The notes beneath the pieces were generated by a model. The model ran no database searches. It was given only the letters and a program-made list of their open reading frames with translations, and had not been told where the DNA came from. 64,000 nucleotides of DNA from Actinomycetota bacterium (GTDB taxonomy: Bacteria; Actinomycetota; Acidimicrobiia; IMCC26256; PALSA-555), in assembly GCA_003140175.1 (NCBI GenBank), contig PLJD01000054.1, forward strand, positions 1,294 through 65,293, written 5' to 3'. The position numbers were made by a program, and so were the translations under genes. This document shows, piece after piece, positions 35,326-45,667 of the stretch (its first letter is position 1; each line of letters starts with the position of its first letter).

Positions 35326-35609
35326 CTGGTCGTCCCCTCGCCGGTCTGAGGCGTCGGTTCTGGCGCCGCGCTTCTCGCTCGTGCCACTCGTCCACGGGCA
35401 GCGCTCCTCGATCGCCCCGACATGTGCAGCGAAGTCTGCTGCGTCGAGGGCAGACGCATGCGGCGGCCAGGGATCATCCCGTACGGCGGCTGGCCCACCT
35501 CCCAGCGCCGTCCAACTGCGCGTGCCTCGGTGGCCGCTCGTCGGGTGACCAACTGGGCCTCCGCACTTCGCTCCTAGTGTGCGTCGTATGGGGCAGAGGT
35601 GCACGACGG

Positions 35610-37118
35610 ATGGCGTTCGACGGGTCGACTGATCGGGCGCCGATCTTCGAACGTGCAGCCGAGGTCCCGGACGACCCCGCGATCGTGGAGCCGTCCGGTG
35701 TCTGGACGTGGTCGGAGGCGGCAGCCGCCGTCGCTCGCGTCGCCGACGCCCTCACCACGCTGCCCCTCAAGCACGGGGAACGGGTCGCGGTGCTTGGCGA
35801 CAACGACTCGGCGACACTGCTGTTCTATGCGGGCGCGTTGCTCGCCGGCGTGGGAACGATCATGGTTAACCAGCACCTCACGGCGTCCGAGGTCGTGTAC
35901 ATCCTCGACGACGGCGATGCTCGAGCGGTCTGGGCCAGTGCTGGCCAGATGACGCTGGCCCGGGAGGCGGCACGCGAGCTCTCGGAGATCGCAGTCATCG
36001 GTCCGGGCGAGGCGACCTGGGACCGGGCCGTCGCCGGCGCTTCGACCGCGCCGCCGGTGTCGGAGCGCCTGGCGACCACAGATCTGGGCTACACGTCAGG
36101 GACGACAGGTCGTCCCAAGGGCGTCATCGTCCCGAAGGAGCCGGCGTTCACGGTGCGGGAACGGCTCCAGCTCGCCGCTCGGCACCACTCCGTCGGACTG
36201 GGCCCCCATCTGGTCGCGGGGCCGCTCTACCACGGAGGCCCGCACGCGGCGGTCGGCCTGCTCCTGATGGGCACTCCGATCGTCTTGATCGGGAGGTTCG
36301 GTGCCCGTGAGGCGCTCGAAGCGATCGAGCGGTACGGGGTTGCCACTTCGGTCATGGTTCCAACCCACCTGTCGCGGATTCTCCAGCTTGACGAGACCGA
36401 ACGGCGGTCGTACGACACGTCGTCGTTGCGCTTGGTGGTGCACACAGGCAGTCCGTGTCCGCCGGCAGTGAAGCGGGCCGTGATCGACTGGTTCGGGCCG
36501 ATCGTCCGGGAGACCTACGGAGGCATCGAATCGGGACCGATCGCGTCCATCTCCACCGACGAATGGCTTGCGCATCCCGGGTCGACGGGACGAGCGGTCC
36601 CACCCTACGAGATCGTGATCGTGCGCGAGGACGGCACCCACTGCGCAGTCGGTGAAGACGGGCTCGTCTACGCACGTGACCTGACGGGCGAAGGCATCTC
36701 CTACCGCAATGATCCCGATAAGACCATTGCGTCGCATCTCGCGCCCGGTCTCTTCACGCTCGGTGACTACGGCCACCTCGACGCGGAAAGCTACCTGTAC
36801 CTCACGTCCAGGCGCGATGGCCTCGTCCTCTGCGGCGGTGTGAACCTCTACCCGGCCGAGGCCGAGTCGGTCCTTCTCGAACACCCCGGTGTCGTCGACG
36901 CCGCGTGCATTGGCGTTCCCGACGCCGATCTCGGCGAACGGCTCGTGGGCGTGGTCGTCGTCTCGGCCAGCGACGTCACCGTCGAGAACGTGCTCGCGTT
37001 CTGCGGGAGCCGACTGGCACGACACAAGACCCCGCGCGAGCTTCGCATCGTGGCCGAGATCAAGCGGAACCACATGGGAAAGGTCGAGCGGCGCCACCTC
37101 CGGGCGGAGCTCTCCTGA
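35610..37118 (+). CDS. AMP-dependent synthetase/ligase (acyl-CoA synthetase)
   Basis: ATG at 35610. YTSGTTGRPKGV, ETYGGIE, GDYGHLDAESYLYLTSRRDGLVLCGGVNLYP and the terminal K in HMGKVERR. Confidence 0.85.
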   Translation: MAFDGSTDRAPIFERAAEVPDDPAIVEPSGVWTWSEAAAAVARVADALTTLPLKHGERVAVLGDNDSATLLFYAGALLAGVGTIMVNQHLTASEVVYILDDGDARAVWASAGQMTLAREAARELSEIAVIGPGEATWDRAVAGASTAPPVSERLATTDLGYTSGTTGRPKGVIVPKEPAFTVRERLQLAARHHSVGLGPHLVAGPLYHGGPHAAVGLLLMGTPIVLIGRFGAREALEAIERYGVATSVMVPTHLSRILQLDETERRSYDTSSLRLVVHTGSPCPPAVKRAVIDWFGPIVRETYGGIESGPIASISTDEWLAHPGSTGRAVPPYEIVIVREDGTHCAVGEDGLVYARDLTGEGISYRNDPDKTIASHLAPGLFTLGDYGHLDAESYLYLTSRRDGLVLCGGVNLYPAEAESVLLEHPGVVDAACIGVPDADLGERLVGVVVVSASDVTVENVLAFCGSRLARHKTPRELRIVAEIKRNHMGKVERRHLRAELS

Positions 37119-37258
37119 CGCCGACCCCCCGGCCATGCGGGTTTTGACGACGGCCTTTCCCCCGGGGGACCAAAACCGTTGTCCAATCGCGTCCCGGCCG
37201 GGCAGGTCGTAGCGTGGGCGTCGAAGCCGAGGAGGCCCCGAAGTTGAGGGAGGCCGCA

Positions 37259-38401
37259 ATGATCAGGGTGATCGATGCCGACTCGCATATGTTCGAGCAA
37301 CCCGGCCTGTGGCGCGACTACATGCCGGCGAACCAGCACGATCTCGCGCTCGACCTCGAAGAGGACGAGCTCGGCTACACCTGGCTGACGCACAAGGGCA
37401 ATCGCCTGATCCAGTGCTATATCAGCGAGCCGGGGAAGCTCTGGGAGTCCTACGGGCTCCCTCACCAACGCCAGCGCGAGGGTCAGCCAGCGCTCCGCAG
37501 GTACACCGAGATGCCTCCGACGTACCGCGATCCGGCGGCCCGCCGCGATGCGCTAGACGGCTGGGGCGTTGACGAGCAGGTGGTCTTTCCGAATTGGGGC
37601 CTGAATTTCGGCTGGTACCTCCAGGGTGACCGCGAGTCGGAGCTCGCGAACATCAGCGCGTGGAACCGTTGGGCGCGCCAGATGCACGCCGAGGGTCGTG
37701 GCCGGCTTCGGCCCGTGGGTCACCTCACCCTCCGAGGCGACGCCGGCTGGATCCGCCAGGAGCTGGATCTCCTCGCCGAGGGCGGGATCACACAGGTCTT
37801 CCTCCCCGCCGGCCTCGTAGACGGCCGGCGCATGTCACATCCGGACTTCGACCCGGTATGGACACACATGGTCGAACTCGGGCTCGCTCCTACCTTCCAC
37901 ATCGGGGCGTTCGCCGAGCGGATCATCGATGACGGGTGGCAGGCCAACGACGTGATCCAGTACATGACGACGCAGAGTCTCGTGATGAACGGACTCGACG
38001 CGCAGATCTCACTTGCGGATCTGATCCTGAACGGCGTGTTCGATCGCCATCCCGAGCTCATCTGGCTCGTCACCGAGTACTCCGTCGGGTGGCTCCCCGA
38101 GCTGCAGTTTCGCCTCGACATGGGCTTCGACACGCACTACCAGGTGACTGCCAAGAATAACGTCGACCTGGCCCTCCGCCCGTCCGAATACGTCACTCGA
38201 AACCTGCGATGCGTCTCGTTCCCGCACGAGCAGCCCCAGAAGGTGATGGACGTCGTCGGCGACATCCTGATGTTTGGAAGCGACTACCCCCACGCCGAAG
38301 GAGTGGCCAACCCGGTCAGCGACTATGAGGCGCAGGTCGGGGACATGGGGGCTCGTCAGGAAAGCTTCTACGGAGGCACGTTCGCAACCGCCCTCGCCTG
38401 A
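37259..38401 (+). CDS. Amidohydrolase_2 family protein
   Basis: ATG at 37259 after GGGAGG. MIRVIDADSHMFE N-terminal metal motif and a late MFGSDYPHAEG. Confidence 0.8.
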   Translation: MIRVIDADSHMFEQPGLWRDYMPANQHDLALDLEEDELGYTWLTHKGNRLIQCYISEPGKLWESYGLPHQRQREGQPALRRYTEMPPTYRDPAARRDALDGWGVDEQVVFPNWGLNFGWYLQGDRESELANISAWNRWARQMHAEGRGRLRPVGHLTLRGDAGWIRQELDLLAEGGITQVFLPAGLVDGRRMSHPDFDPVWTHMVELGLAPTFHIGAFAERIIDDGWQANDVIQYMTTQSLVMNGLDAQISLADLILNGVFDRHPELIWLVTEYSVGWLPELQFRLDMGFDTHYQVTAKNNVDLALRPSEYVTRNLRCVSFPHEQPQKVMDVVGDILMFGSDYPHAEGVANPVSDYEAQVGDMGARQESFYGGTFATALA

Positions 38402-38493
38402 GGCACCACGGGTGTCCCGTACGACCACGGCGTCGCGGGTTCGACGCGCAGCTCAGCTGTTGGACCTGCCCTCCGATCGAAACGAGGATTTCG

Positions 38494-39900
38494 GTGAACG
38501 CACAATCCAGGACAGTCGTTCCGTCCTTCCTGACGCGATGCGCCAATGACGAGTTCGTGCCGCCGCCGCTGAACGACGTCGAACGCGCCGCCGCGAGGTG
38601 GTCGGCCGAGGCGATCGAAGCGGCGAGTGAGCGTCTGCGCATGTCGGTCGTGGACTTCGCGGAGTCACGACAGGGCCTCGCAACCGGGCTGCTCGGCGTC
38701 AACCGAGCCAACGGTGATCAGTTCTTCTCCGTGCCCGAGCAGGCTTCGCTGGACTCGGCCGCCGCGGACGACGCGCTGGGCGGCGAGGAGCTGGTGATCG
38801 ACGTCCAGACGCACTACATCGCGAACCGTCCCGCATGCGAAGCGAACCGGCAGCTCATCCACACGGTCTTCCCGAAGTACGGCCCGGATTGGTGGGACGG
38901 TCTACCGGACGAGGCGAAGCTTGACTTCGTCGACTACCTCCGATGCGTTTACGTGGAAAGCGACACCGCCGTCGCGGTCCTCAGCTCGGCGCCAGGTATC
39001 TCGGACGAGCGGATGCTGTTCAACAACGAAATGGCGGGCACGAGATTGCTCCTCGAGCGCCTGGGCGCACAAGACCGCATGTTGAACCATGCAGTGGTCC
39101 ACCCCGACATCGACGGCGAGATCGCCGGAATGCCCGAGGTGGTCGATCGGCTCGGACCGGCCGGCTGGAAGGTGTACACGCTCGGCGCCACGACGGCGAG
39201 CGACATGGGAAAGATCCGGGGCTGGTACCTCGACGACGACCTCGGCGTGCAGTTTCTCGAGGCTGTTCGCGCATCGGGGGTCAAGCTCCTCTGCGCGCAC
39301 AAAGGCCTCAGTGGTCTCGTCGATACCGGTTCACCCCGTGACTTCGGGCCCGCCGCATCGATGTTCCCCGACATCACCTTCATCGCGTACCACTCGGGGT
39401 TCGAGCCCGGTGAAGGCGAGCCCACCGACGAGACCCGGGAAGGCCCGTACAGGGAGGAGACGGCCCACATCGGCGTCAATCGCCTGGTGCACTCGCTGCT
39501 CGGATCCGGGATCGCACCAGGCTCGAACGTCTACGCCGAGCTCGGCACGACGTGGTACTGCCTCATCAAGCGCCCGGTCGAGGCTGCCCACGTGCTCGGC
39601 AAGCTGCTCAACGCGGTCGGTCACGACAACGTGCTCTGGGGCACGGACGGGATCTGGTATGGGCCGACCCAAGCCGCCGTCGACACCTTCCGCGCGTTCC
39701 AGATCCCCGAGTGGATGCAGGATGAGTTCGGCTACCCCGAGCTCACGCCCGAACTCAAGGCCAAGATCCTCGGCCTCAACTCAGCCAAGGTCTACGACAT
39801 TGATCTGGAGACGGCGCGCTCGAACATGGGTGTCAACGACATGGCGTGGGTACGCGAGGCGTGGGACGACTTCAAAGCCAACGGCACACCGACGGCCTGA
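38494..39900 (+). CDS. Amidohydrolase-family protein (long N-terminal extension)
   Basis: LVIDVQTHYI, LLCAHKG, FIAYHSGF and NVLWGTDGIW resemble the metal-ligand strands of TIM-barrel amidohydrolases. Confidence 0.7.
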   Translation: MNAQSRTVVPSFLTRCANDEFVPPPLNDVERAAARWSAEAIEAASERLRMSVVDFAESRQGLATGLLGVNRANGDQFFSVPEQASLDSAAADDALGGEELVIDVQTHYIANRPACEANRQLIHTVFPKYGPDWWDGLPDEAKLDFVDYLRCVYVESDTAVAVLSSAPGISDERMLFNNEMAGTRLLLERLGAQDRMLNHAVVHPDIDGEIAGMPEVVDRLGPAGWKVYTLGATTASDMGKIRGWYLDDDLGVQFLEAVRASGVKLLCAHKGLSGLVDTGSPRDFGPAASMFPDITFIAYHSGFEPGEGEPTDETREGPYREETAHIGVNRLVHSLLGSGIAPGSNVYAELGTTWYCLIKRPVEAAHVLGKLLNAVGHDNVLWGTDGIWYGPTQAAVDTFRAFQIPEWMQDEFGYPELTPELKAKILGLNSAKVYDIDLETARSNMGVNDMAWVREAWDDFKANGTPTA

Positions 39901-39914
39901 GGCGCGAGGGCGAG

Positions 39915-41153
39915 ATGAGCACCGAAGGCCTGGAGTCCTCCGACGTACGCCGGTTCCGGCTCAAAGCGCGCGAGTGGCTCCAAGCCAACGTCCCGCGCTT
40001 GGAACGAGCGGACGACGGGGCGTGCCTCCCGCCGGACCGGGACGAGCCCGAGAAGACTCGGATCGACTTCGCCCGGCAGACCCAGGCGCAGGTGTTCGAA
40101 GCGGGTTACGCCGGGATCACGTACCCGGTCGAGTACGGAGGCGCCGGACTCAGCCTGGATCACGAGCGCGCGTACCTCGAGGAGTCAGCCGACTACAACG
40201 TGCCGACGCAGGTCTTCGCGGTGTCTCTCAACATCCTCGGCAAGACGTTGCTCAAGTACGGGTCGGCCCAGCAGAAGCTACATCACCTCCCGCGGATGCT
40301 GCGGGGTGACGAGATCTGGCTGCAGCTGCTCTCGGAGCCATCCGGCGGTTCCGACCTCGCGGGTCTCGTTACCCGCGCCGACCGCGATGGTGACGTGTAC
40401 ATCCTGAACGGGCAAAAGACATGGAGTACCGGAGCGGATTCCGCCGACTTCGCGATGTGCCCGGCGCGCACCAGCTGGGATGTCCCGAAGCACAAGGGCA
40501 TCTCCATGTTCATCGTCGATCTGCAACTTCCTGGGATCGAGGTTCGACCGATCAAGCAGATCAACAGCGAGTCGGACTTCTGCGAGGAGTTCCTCACCGA
40601 CGTCGTCGTGCCCTCTGACTGCATGATCGGGGACGAAAACGAGGGCTGGAGAGTCGTGCGAGGTCTCTTGGAGATCGAGCACGAGTGGGTCGGCCGAACA
40701 GGCGGCGTCTACATGCCTCGGACCGACGTCGACGACCTCGTCGCGCTCCTCAAGCAACGTGGTCTCGACAAGGACAGCGGTGCCCGACGACAGGTCGCGG
40801 CGATCTTCACGCTGCAGGCGGCGCAGCGTGCTCTCGCGATTCGTGTGGGCCAAGCGATCGCCGACGGCCATCTGACGCCCGCGCACGGGGGACTCCTGAA
40901 GCTCGGGAACGACACCTTGCGCCAGCGTCGGTCGGAGACGGCCCTCACCCTTGCCGGGTCGAGCGGCATTACCTGGGAGCCCGCTGCGTTTGGACATGAG
41001 TGCACAGCCATCTATCTACGTGCTCGCAGCGCGTCTATCGCCGGCGGAACGGCCGAGATCCAGCGCAACAACGTAAGCGAGCGAGCGCTTGGACTCCCGC
41101 GCGAGCCGGACGCAGATCGTGATCGCCCTTTCAGCGAGGTGCCGCGGAACTGA
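39915..41153 (+). CDS. Acyl-CoA dehydrogenase family protein (GGTAEIQRN type)
   Basis: ATG at 39915. The C-terminus has AGGTAEIQRNNVSERALGLPRE. It is a paralogue of 32954-34186. Confidence 0.85.
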   Translation: MSTEGLESSDVRRFRLKAREWLQANVPRLERADDGACLPPDRDEPEKTRIDFARQTQAQVFEAGYAGITYPVEYGGAGLSLDHERAYLEESADYNVPTQVFAVSLNILGKTLLKYGSAQQKLHHLPRMLRGDEIWLQLLSEPSGGSDLAGLVTRADRDGDVYILNGQKTWSTGADSADFAMCPARTSWDVPKHKGISMFIVDLQLPGIEVRPIKQINSESDFCEEFLTDVVVPSDCMIGDENEGWRVVRGLLEIEHEWVGRTGGVYMPRTDVDDLVALLKQRGLDKDSGARRQVAAIFTLQAAQRALAIRVGQAIADGHLTPAHGGLLKLGNDTLRQRRSETALTLAGSSGITWEPAAFGHECTAIYLRARSASIAGGTAEIQRNNVSERALGLPREPDADRDRPFSEVPRN

Positions 41154-41258
41154 GCTCCGGTGCCGAGCTAGCGCGACCAGAGCCCTTTGAGACCGACCCA
41201 TCAGCAAAACTGGAGTTCGACCTCGCGAGAGAGCGAACGACGCAAAGGAGTGAGATCG

Positions 41259-42161
41259 ATGTCCGACTACGAGAACCTGCAAGTCGAGACGTTGGACGAC
41301 GGGAAGGTGGTCCGGATCCTCCTGGATCGGCCCGACGCTCGCAACGCGCAGAACCGAGCGCTGCTCGTGGAGCTCGATCACGCCATGCTTGCCGCGGAGG
41401 CGGACGACCAGGCGCGGGTCGTCATCCTCGGCGGCACTGGCACGCTCTTCTCGTCGGGACACGACATGGGCTCGCCCGCCGCGGTGGCCGACCGCACCCC
41501 GGGGCCCGGGCAGCACCCGTCCTACCGGATCAACGGCGGTACTCGCAATGGTGCGGAGAGCCGCATGCTTCAGGAATGGCACTACTTCTTCGCGAACACG
41601 ATGCGGTGGCGCAACTTGCGCAAGATCACGATCGCGCAGGTCAACGGCAAGGTTTACGCGGCAGGGCTCATGCTGATGTGGGCCTGCGACCTGATCGTGG
41701 CTGCGGACGGAACTGAGTTCGCCGACGTGGTTGGCACACGTCTCGGCATGTGCGGGGTCGAGTACTTCGCCCACCCCTGGGAGCTCGGACCGCGGAGGAC
41801 CAAGGAGCTGATGCTCACTGGCGATTCTCTGTCCGTCGACGAGGCCCATGCGCTGGGCATGATCTCCAAGGTCTTCCCGGCATCAGATCTCTCGGATCGC
41901 ACGCTCGAGTTCGCGTCGCGGATCGCCGAGCTGCCGACGGTGACGAGTCTGCTCGTCAAGGAGTCGGTCAATCAGACCGTCGACAACATGGGCTTCTACA
42001 ACGCACTCCAAGCGTGCTTCACCCTCCATCAGCTGAACCACTCCCATTGGGCCGAGGTGCACGACGACAAGACGCCCCGCGGCCTTCCCGAGGACGGTGT
42101 GGTTGACTGGCGTGAGGCGCCTCGCGTTGTTCCGGCCGTGAAGGGCAAAGTGCGGTCCTGA
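41259..42161 (+). CDS. Enoyl-CoA hydratase/isomerase (crotonase) family protein
   Basis: ATG at 41259 after AAAGGAG. VRILLDRPDARNAQN, ..VILGGTGTLFSSGHDMG.. and ..VNGKVYAAGLMLMWACD.. match crotonase-family patterns. Confidence 0.85.
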   Translation: MSDYENLQVETLDDGKVVRILLDRPDARNAQNRALLVELDHAMLAAEADDQARVVILGGTGTLFSSGHDMGSPAAVADRTPGPGQHPSYRINGGTRNGAESRMLQEWHYFFANTMRWRNLRKITIAQVNGKVYAAGLMLMWACDLIVAADGTEFADVVGTRLGMCGVEYFAHPWELGPRRTKELMLTGDSLSVDEAHALGMISKVFPASDLSDRTLEFASRIAELPTVTSLLVKESVNQTVDNMGFYNALQACFTLHQLNHSHWAEVHDDKTPRGLPEDGVVDWREAPRVVPAVKGKVRS

Positions 42162-42372
42162 CGCTGTTCGCGAACGCGAACGCCGCCAGCGTCGGTCGAA
42201 CCCGGCTGGGCGAGACTTCCCAGCTCGACGCGTAAGAGGTCGCGACCTCGATCGCTCATGTCACCCATCGCCGCATTGACTGAACGTCTGGTTTCGCGCA
42301 GTTGGTCAAGAGGGCGGAAGGTACCGTCCGTGCTCGTTACCGTTCGACGCATCACCGACCGCGGAGTATGCG

Positions 42373-43581
42373 ATGCGATTCTTCACCTTCCACTACATGC
42401 CATACCAGGGCCTCGACGCAGTCCAGGCCATCGATGACTATGGCGTGGGATGGTGCACGCTCCCGAACTCGATGTGTGACCCTGGGGTCATGGCGTCGAA
42501 CTACCGGGACTACGTCGATCAGGCGGCGCTGGCTGACGAGCTGGGCTTCGACGGCGTCACGCTCAACGAGCACCACCAAACGCCCTTCGGTACGATGCCG
42601 AGTCCCAACGTCATGGCCGGCGCGATCGCGGAGCGCACGACACGCGCTCGGATCGCCGTGTTCGGGAACGCGCTCCCGCTGCGATCGACCCCGCTGTCGT
42701 CGATCGAGGAGTACACCATGATCGATCTCCTCAGCAACGGTCGGTTGGAGGCGGGATTCGTCGTCGGCGGTGGTCCCGAGTACTACAGCTTCGCGCTCTC
42801 GCCGACCAATGCCCGCGACCGGTTCGCCGAGGGACTTGCACTCGTTCGTCGTGCGTGGTCAGAGCCGGGGCCGTTCCGCTGGGACGGTGAGTACTATCAA
42901 CTCGATTGCGTAAATCCATGGCCGCGGCCTGTGCAGCAGCCACACCCGCCGATCTGGGTCTGCGGCATTGGGAGTCCGTCGACGCTTGAGATGTGTGCCA
43001 GGGAGGACATCGGCTACATGGGCGTCAACGCGAGTCAGGGCCATGTCGACTTCGTGGGACAGTGCGAGTATCTGCGCAAGGCGGCCGACGAGTACGGCCG
43101 CCAGTACGACCCGGCGAGGATGGGCTGGCTCACGCACATCCACGTGGCGGACAGCGACGAGCAGGCCCTCGAGGAGTTCGGTGCGCACGCTGCGTACGGC
43201 GGACTCCTGACGCGCGGCTTCGGCGGTCCAGCGAAGACCTTCTACCCGCCTGGCCACCTCCCCCCCGACCGGCTGGCGAAATGGGAACGTCAGACCCGTG
43301 AGAGCTACGTGGCCAAGCCGATGCCCGGCGACGCACCGCTCATGGGGAAACCCCAGACCGTCGCTAACCGGCTGATTTCTCGGCTCAAGGACTACAAGAT
43401 CGGCAACGTCGCGATGGCGTTCCAGTGGGGGACAATGCCGCACGACATGGTGACCCGCAGCATGAGGATGTTCGCGGAGCAGGTCATGCCGATCGTGCGA
43501 GCGGAGCTGGACGCGTACCTTGACGACCTGTATCCGCAGCGGACCCAGTCCGCCATGGCAACTGGGGTGGGAGCGAAGTGA
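42373..43581 (+). CDS. LLM-class flavin-dependent oxidoreductase
   Basis: MRFFTFHYMPY.., GFDGVTLNEHHQTPFG, RLEAGFVVGGG. Confidence 0.8.
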   Translation: MRFFTFHYMPYQGLDAVQAIDDYGVGWCTLPNSMCDPGVMASNYRDYVDQAALADELGFDGVTLNEHHQTPFGTMPSPNVMAGAIAERTTRARIAVFGNALPLRSTPLSSIEEYTMIDLLSNGRLEAGFVVGGGPEYYSFALSPTNARDRFAEGLALVRRAWSEPGPFRWDGEYYQLDCVNPWPRPVQQPHPPIWVCGIGSPSTLEMCAREDIGYMGVNASQGHVDFVGQCEYLRKAADEYGRQYDPARMGWLTHIHVADSDEQALEEFGAHAAYGGLLTRGFGGPAKTFYPPGHLPPDRLAKWERQTRESYVAKPMPGDAPLMGKPQTVANRLISRLKDYKIGNVAMAFQWGTMPHDMVTRSMRMFAEQVMPIVRAELDAYLDDLYPQRTQSAMATGVGAK

Positions 43582-44405
43582 TCGCGGAGATGTCGCAGGT
43601 GCGGACCCCTGCCATGAAGGTGTCCGTCGCCGAACTCGGAAGTGGTGTGCCGTTGGTCTACCTGCACGATGTGCTGTTCGACCTCGTCGCCGTCGACGGG
43701 GACGCACCCGTCCTGCTCGAGCTGCTGGCAGGATCGCACCGCGTATTCGCGCCCGCGCTCCCCGGATTTCGTGACCTCAAGCAGCTCGCGGCGTTCTCGT
43801 CGGTCACGGACTACGTGCTCGTCGTGAGCGACCTCCTCTCGTCGCTGGGGCTCGACCGACCGCACGTCGTCGGCACGGGCCTCGGTGGCTGGTTCGCCGC
43901 GGAGCTGGCGGCCTTCTATCCCGACAGCGTCGGGACGCTAACCCTCGTCAACGCGTTCGGTCTACGGGTCGAGGGTCACCCGACTGCTCGCTTCTTCGAC
44001 GCCGCGGCGCCCAATGCCCTGGGCGGCCGCCGCGAGATCCGTGAGCTCCTCTTTGCCGCCCCGGACGGCCCGCCGGGGATCGACCTCGTTCCCGACTTCC
44101 CGGACGACGAGACCAACGAGCGGTACTTCGCGCACATCCACGCTTCGGCCCGAATCGGCTGGGAGCCACCCGCGTTCTACGACCCGCGGCTCCTCGGCCG
44201 CCTCGATCGGATCTCAGCACCGACACACATTGTCTGGGGTGCCGAGAACGCGGTCGTCGACGTATCGCACGGCCGAGCCTACGAAGCAGGCATCGAGAAC
44301 GCGGTGTTGACGGTGCTTGACGGCGCCGGTCACGCCGTTACGGTCGAGCAGCCAGAGGAGCTGGCCAAGTCCGTGGTGGCGTTCCTCGAGATGCATGATC
44401 GCTGA
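43578..44405 (+). CDS. Alpha/beta-hydrolase fold protein
   Basis: Nucleophile-elbow-like VVGTGLGGWFA (G-x-nucleophile-x-G position) and a late GAGHAV (catalytic His region). The start overlaps the upstream stop. Confidence 0.75.
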   Translation: MIAEMSQVRTPAMKVSVAELGSGVPLVYLHDVLFDLVAVDGDAPVLLELLAGSHRVFAPALPGFRDLKQLAAFSSVTDYVLVVSDLLSSLGLDRPHVVGTGLGGWFAAELAAFYPDSVGTLTLVNAFGLRVEGHPTARFFDAAAPNALGGRREIRELLFAAPDGPPGIDLVPDFPDDETNERYFAHIHASARIGWEPPAFYDPRLLGRLDRISAPTHIVWGAENAVVDVSHGRAYEAGIENAVLTVLDGAGHAVTVEQPEELAKSVVAFLEMHDR

Positions 44406-44449
44406 CGTAGCCGCGTCACCAGTGTCGAGCTCCACGATTCGATGCGGAA

Positions 44450-45667
44450 ATGTCGACTGACAGGAGATACGACGGTGATGGTGCGTCGGGGCTGGCGCTG
44501 GAGGGTGTTCGGGTGCTCGATCTCAGCAGTCGAGTCGGTGCCTACTGCGGGAAGCTGCTGGCCGACCTCGGTGCAGACGTCATCAAGGTCGAACGACCGA
44601 CTGGTGACCGGCTTCGCCGGGTGCCACCCTTCCGTCGCGGCGCGCACGACGACGAACCCGGGCTCCTGTTCGCTTGGTACAACAACAACAAGCGCGGGAT
44701 CACGCTCGACTGGATGCGGACCGACGCGGTGCCACTGTTGGCCGAGCTCGCGAGTTCTGCCAATGTTGTCGTCGTCTCTCCCGACGCACGTGAGCGCCTG
44801 GCGACGTTCGCAGAGAAGTCGCCGCACCTCGCGTGGGTTCCAGCAGGGACGACGCTGTGCTCAATCACGCCGTTCGGGTTGACAGGCCCCTGGCGGCATT
44901 GGCGTGCGACGCCGTTCACGACGTTCGCGTCGAGCGGTCAGATGCATGCCGTTGGTCCCGACGAGGGGCCTCCGTGGGCGATGCCGGGACAGCAGCTCTA
45001 CGACCAGGCGTCGACGAGGGCGGCCACCATGGTTGTGGCCATCCTCGCCGGCAATGTCGCCGCGCAGACGGTTGACGTCTCTGCCCAGGAGGTCGGAGCG
45101 TGGCAGTACCACGTCATCCAGCGGTTCGGCAGCTCCGGCAGGATCCTGACGCGGGCGACGAACTTCGGACCGCCGCCGGGCGGCGTGTGGAAGTGCCGTG
45201 ACGGGTCCATCGACATCGCCGCGCACTCGACGCACCACTGGGACGTGTTTGTCGAGCTGCTCGGGAGCCCGGAGGACCTCGTCGAGCCCCTCTACCGCGA
45301 GCGCGAGATGCGGGCCCAGCTCTTCGACGTCCTGACACTCATCATCGCCGACCACCTGGCCGACCAGAGCGCGTCCGAGCTGGTGCGACGCGGTCAGGCC
45401 ATGGGCCTGCCCTGCGCGCTGCGCTACCAGCCGGAGGAGTTTCTCCAGGACGAGCAGCCGCGGGCGAGGGGAGCGTTCGTCGACGTCCACCATCCCGACC
45501 TGGGCGACATCAGGCTGCCCGGTCCGATCGTCCAGACCGTGCCGCCGCTCCTCGCCTACCGACGACCCGCCCCTTCGCTTGGCGGCTCCAACCGTGAGGT
45601 GTTCGTAGACGAACTCGGCCACGACCCGAGTGAGCTCGAGGAATGGAGCGCTTGTGGTCTCGTCTGA
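44450..45667 (+). CDS. Family III CoA-transferase (CaiB/BaiF type)
   Basis: VRVLDLSSRVGAYCGKLLADLGADVIKVE N-terminal signature. Confidence 0.85.
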   Translation: MSTDRRYDGDGASGLALEGVRVLDLSSRVGAYCGKLLADLGADVIKVERPTGDRLRRVPPFRRGAHDDEPGLLFAWYNNNKRGITLDWMRTDAVPLLAELASSANVVVVSPDARERLATFAEKSPHLAWVPAGTTLCSITPFGLTGPWRHWRATPFTTFASSGQMHAVGPDEGPPWAMPGQQLYDQASTRAATMVVAILAGNVAAQTVDVSAQEVGAWQYHVIQRFGSSGRILTRATNFGPPPGGVWKCRDGSIDIAAHSTHHWDVFVELLGSPEDLVEPLYREREMRAQLFDVLTLIIADHLADQSASELVRRGQAMGLPCALRYQPEEFLQDEQPRARGAFVDVHHPDLGDIRLPGPIVQTVPPLLAYRRPAPSLGGSNREVFVDELGHDPSELEEWSACGLV